A stretch of 39,663 bases of DNA, taken from assembly GCF_001194135.2 (NCBI RefSeq), contig NC_068983.1, positions 94,644,347 to 94,684,009 of the forward strand, written 5' to 3'. The translations under genes and the position numbers were made by a program. Every line of letters begins with the position of its first letter. Position 1 is the first letter of the stretch. The notes under the pieces were generated by a model. The model was given only the letters and a program-made list of their open reading frames with translations. It did no database searches and was not told the origin of the DNA. Origin of the DNA: Octopus bimaculoides. Taxonomy: Eukaryota. Below, in pieces: positions 35,586-39,663 of the stretch.

Positions 35586-37949
35586 ACTAGCAGAGATACC
35601 CAGCGTTGCCCATGTTACATGCAATTGAAGGATGAGTCTTTTGTCTTATATTTCCTGTAAGGAACTGGAATAGATACGATTCGAATTTCATCAAAATTGC
35701 ACATGAGGGTTCTTTCCCTCTTTACACACAGTAAGAAATTCTAATCATGAGACATGTATCCCATACTATTAATCTTTATGCACATATTCCAAAATTTCAG
35801 TCTTCTGGAACCTGTAAAAAGGATTTTGCTCCTGAAAAATGGAGCTCATGGAACTCTAAAATGTGGGAATGAAGGCCCCTATTGGGGGTGGGGGTGTTAA
35901 TGTCAATCAGAGAAGTTAAATTGTTGAGAATGTTTTTAACTTGGGTCTTATAGTATACCTGTATATGTGAGAGTATAGTTTCACTTTAATAGTTTCAGTA
36001 TCAAATTGAAAGTATTAAAGTGCAAGTATTTGAAATTACAGTAGCGACATGTTATTGGTGTGGGCTCGAACTATGCAAGAAGTTAAAAATTGTTTTGGCC
36101 TAAGACACTACATGGACCCTAAGTAAGGCATGTGTTAATTTCAAATGAAATTGGTTGTGCAGTTCTCGAGTTTTATGGATTCACACAGACACATATTTTC
36201 ATCTTTATATATCTGATATTTATGCGCATATTCGAAAATTCTAGTGTTATGGACCCTGTAAAAAGGATTTTGCTCATGAAGAATGGAGCTTTTGGAGCTG
36301 AAAAATGTAGGAGTTAAGGCCCCTATTGGGGGTGGGTGTGTTAATGTCAAGCAGAGAAGTTGAATTGTTGGGAATGTTTTTAACTTGGGTATAATATGTA
36401 TTGTTTGATTTCTTTGAAATAGNNNNNNNNNNNNNNNNNNNNNNNNNNNNNNNNNNNNNNNNNNNNNNNNNNNNNNNNNNNNNNNNNNNNNNNNNNNNNN
36501 NNNNNNNNNNNNNNNNNNNNNNNNNNNNNNNNNNNNNNNNNNNNNNNNNNNNNNNNNNNNNNNNNNNNNNNNNNNNNNNNNNNNNNNNNNNNNNNNNNNN
36601 NNNNNNNNNNNNNNNNNNNNNNNNNNNNNNNNNNNNNNNNNNNNNNNNNNNNNNNNNNNNNNNNNNNNNNNNNNNNNNNNNNNNNNNNNNNNNNNNNNNN
36701 NNNNNNNNNNNNNNNNNNNNNNNNNNNNNNNNNNNNNNNNNNNNNNNNNNNNNNNNNNNNNNNNNNNNNNNNNNNNNNNNNNNNNNNNNNNNNNNNNNNN
36801 NNNNNNNNNNNNNNNNNNNNNNNNNNNNNNNNNNNNNNNNNNNNNNNNNNNNNNNNNNNNNNNNNNNNNNNNNNNNNNNNNNNNNNNNNNNNNNNNNNNN
36901 NNNNNNNNNNNNNNNNNNNNNNNNNNNNNNNNNNNNNNNNNNNNNNNNNNNNNNNNNNNNNNNNNNNNNNNNNNNNNNNNNNNNNNNNNNNNNNNNNNNN
37001 NNNNNNNNNNNNNNNNNNNNNNNNNNNNNNNNNNNNNNNNNNNNNNNNNNNNNNNNNNNNNNNNNNNNNNNNNNNNNNNNNNNNNNNNNNNNNNNNNNNN
37101 NNNNNNNNNNNNNNNNNNNNNNNNNNNNNNNNNNNNNNNNNNNNNNNNNNNNNNNNNNNNNNNNNNNNNNNNNTAGTACAACTGTATTCGTCTTTGCTTA
37201 GGAAAAATGACTAAATTGTAGGTGTGAAGTCCCCATGAAGGGGTCTTTGTAACTTCTAAGAAGAAATTTTAGAAATATTACTTTATTTGTGTGTAATCTG
37301 TATGGTTAAAATTTCATCAACATCAAAAATATATGAATTTTCATGGTGGTTATGGCCGTTATGCATAGAATATAATTTCCAAATTTCATAAAGATCCATT
37401 CAGTACTTTTTACATAGTTTTGGATAAAAAAACAAATGACGAATGTGTGCGTTTGTGTGTATGTGTGTGTGCGTGAGTGTATATATGTATAGATATCTGT
37501 ATGCATGTATATATGTGTACATATTACATGTACATCTATATATATACATCTACACATATGTATACATATACATGTATGCATATAGATCTATATCTCTATA
37601 TATATATCTATACATATACGTGTACATATACATGTATATGTATACATGTATACATATACATCTCTCTCTCTGAAACCATTAAAGTGAAAGTATTTGACAT
37701 GAGTGTTTTTGTTTCACTTTTGACACGTAATACTTAAATAGGGGAGGAAATATGTTGCTGTGGGCTCAAACTATGCAAGAAGTTAAACATTTTTTTTGAC
37801 TAAAACACAACCGGACCCTAAGTAAGGCATGTGTAAAATTTGAATGAAATTGGTTGAGTAGTTCTTGAGTTTTAGTGAAACACACACACACACACACACA
37901 GACAGGCAGACAGACAGACGCACACATTCTCATTTTTATATATATAGAT
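35586..37949 (+). mobile_element. Non-autonomous Helentron/DINE-like element with internal ~445-bp tandem duplication (spans an N gap)
   Basis: 5' t|ACTAGCAG followed by a degenerate GC hairpin; 3' (cagacagac)...catttttatatatatagat. 35771-35950 repeats at 36216-36400, and 36060-36190 repeats at 37760-37880. Confidence 0.65.
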
Positions 37950-38559
37950 TCCCATTGTCCCTCTGGGAGTGGTACCACTCACTTTGAGAAGCACTAGTAT
38001 AGAGTCTCAAGTTTGAAATGGCTACTTCCATCAGTCTTTGCACTATAAGATCCATATTATTATTATTTGTGATGCTACATGACAAAAGAATTTTAACAAT
38101 AAAAGCACACCAGGGAAGATTTTCACAATGGACTTAAGAAACAAATAAAAGCAAGTTGAGTAAATATAAAAACCATTGATCAATATATTCCAATGTGTTG
38201 CACACACAATACGTATAAACAGCATTTGCTGAGTGAAGAAATCTCATAAGATGATGACATGGGTTATTTAAGATAGTAAACCAAGAAAGACTTGGACACA
38301 GTCAGACGGTTATGCTTTTCATAAAATAATACTGGATTCAGATAGATGTTAAGGTACTGTATACTGGACCCAGCTAACCCACAATACTATAGAAAAGCAG
38401 ACAGATTAACAAGTAGACATTCATCTAAAAAGTATTATATATATTACAAAAGTAGGATCATCCTCCTCAGTCTTAAAAAACTCATACAAGATAATTTAGG
38501 ATCAATTTTGCTTTCGATAAATAAATAAATAAGAAAGATTTGAATAAAAGGAGTCATAC

Positions 38560-38808
38560 TTTTAAATGTTGCACACACAGATCACAATAATATAGTTTGT
38601 GTACATTTCTAAGATGTGAACGAAGCATGCTAAACTTATATTCCGTTTGTTTATTAGGCAGGCAAGACGGACATCGATGCTCAATTAGTTGGTTGAACCG
38701 TTTCTCTATCTCAGAATTTTCAAAAAGTAGGTTGAACTGTGAATTGACCAACATCTTGTTTTTGTTTGGTATGTCTTCAAACTTTGCCAATTTTTGTATA
38801 AAAGCGAC
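38560..38808 (-). CDS. ZNF598: ZNF598 internal coding exon (end of the RING-adjacent region and first C2H2-like finger)
   Basis: Acceptor ttcatattgcAG at 38810-38809 and donor GTatga at 38559-38558; 249 nt, phase 0-0. Translates VAFIQKLAKF...HRCPSCLP...LRSHLRNVHKLYYCDLCVQHLK, matching my recollection of ZNF598 (HECPRC...EQHMRRQHELFCCRLCLQHLQ). Confidence 0.93.
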
Positions 38809-39309
38809 CTGCAATATGAAAAAGATTGAAACATATGAGAAATAACAAAATATAGTGTGCATTTTTGTTAACTATATCAATTTGATACTATGATCAATTA
38901 TTTAATACCATTATTGATGTCATATGATAAATTAATGCAATTAGTGAATAAAATTATTTCATTTTTTATTTAAAATATGTGTTATTTTTTTACAGAAATC
39001 AACTAACCAAGCAGTAATGTAAATACATAGTAATAGGGTAAAGAAGCTTGGTTTACAACCACCTGGCTCTATCAATGCATAGCACCTTGGACAAATGTCT
39101 TCTAGGGTAGCCTTTGCATGACTAATATTTTGTCAGTGGAATTGACTAACTTGGAGGAAGTTGGATGTATTATNNNNNNNNNNNNNNNNNNNNNNNNNNN
39201 NNNNNNNNNNNNNNNNNNNNNNNNNNNNNNNNNNNNNNNNNNNNNNNNNNNNNNNNNNNNNNNNNNNNNNNNNTATATATATATATATATGTATATGTAT
39301 TAATCTTCT

Positions 39310-39663
39310 CTCTTCGCTCCTTTGCGCCAGGGGCTCAACTCCCCTCTTCATCTAACCCCCCTCTACAGCCTCTCTCCTCCCACCCTCCCTCCTACCACCC
39401 ATCTCTCCCCTCTCCTCTCACCCACCTCTTGTCTCCTGGTCCAACTCCTACTTCTCTGTTTGTCTCTTCACCTCTCTTCACTCCTACTTCTCTTCATTCC
39501 TACTTCTCTTNNNNNNNNNNCTCTTCACCTCTCTTCACTCCTACTTCTCTTCATTCCTACTTCTCTTCACCCCTACTCTTTCTCTCACTCTCTTACTCTC
39601 TCACTCTTTTCTCTTTTACTCCCTCACTCTCACTCTCTTCTCTCTCTCTCACTCTCTTCTCTC
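39310..39663. repeat. CT-rich low-complexity tract
   Basis: Polypyrimidine repeats, with a block duplicated either side of a 10-N gap. Confidence 0.9.

Noticed and set aside
39444-39570. Direct duplication either side of a 10-N gap
   Set aside because: Typical unmerged contig overlap in low-complexity sequence.
38809-39663. Search for the ZNF598 RING/start exon
   Set aside because: No CxxC...CxHxxCxxC frame or suitable donor was found, so it presumably lies beyond the window or in the gap.

Overview
AT-rich metazoan genomic DNA with dense (TA)n/(CA)n/(GA)n microsatellites and many N gaps. The repeat content looks like a coleoid cephalopod (Octopus-like) draft assembly; this is inference from repeat style, not a database result. 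The main gene is ZNF598, the RING E3 ligase of ribosome-collision quality control, on the minus strand. I reconstructed five coding exons with GT-AG boundaries and compatible phases (38560-38808, 30663-30877, 29738-29955, 26002-26092, 20223-22248; 2799 nt, 932 aa plus stop). The N-terminal RING exon(s) lie beyond the right edge. A probable terminal coding exon of an unidentified plus-strand gene (665-940) is absent from the ORF track. The rest is transposon fossils: two related solo LTRs with TSDs, a possible third LTR, R4/Dong-like RLE retrotransposon fragments, a decayed RTE LINE, a full-length decayed mariner with an internal fold-back, tRNA-derived SINEs, MITEs and Helentron/DINE-like elements. 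I found no CRISPR array, rRNA gene or genuine tRNA gene, and no convincing new multi-gene system. The best leads are the orphan exon, short linear motifs in ZNF598, the conserved LTR promoter module facing the ZNF598 3' end, and several fold-back structures.
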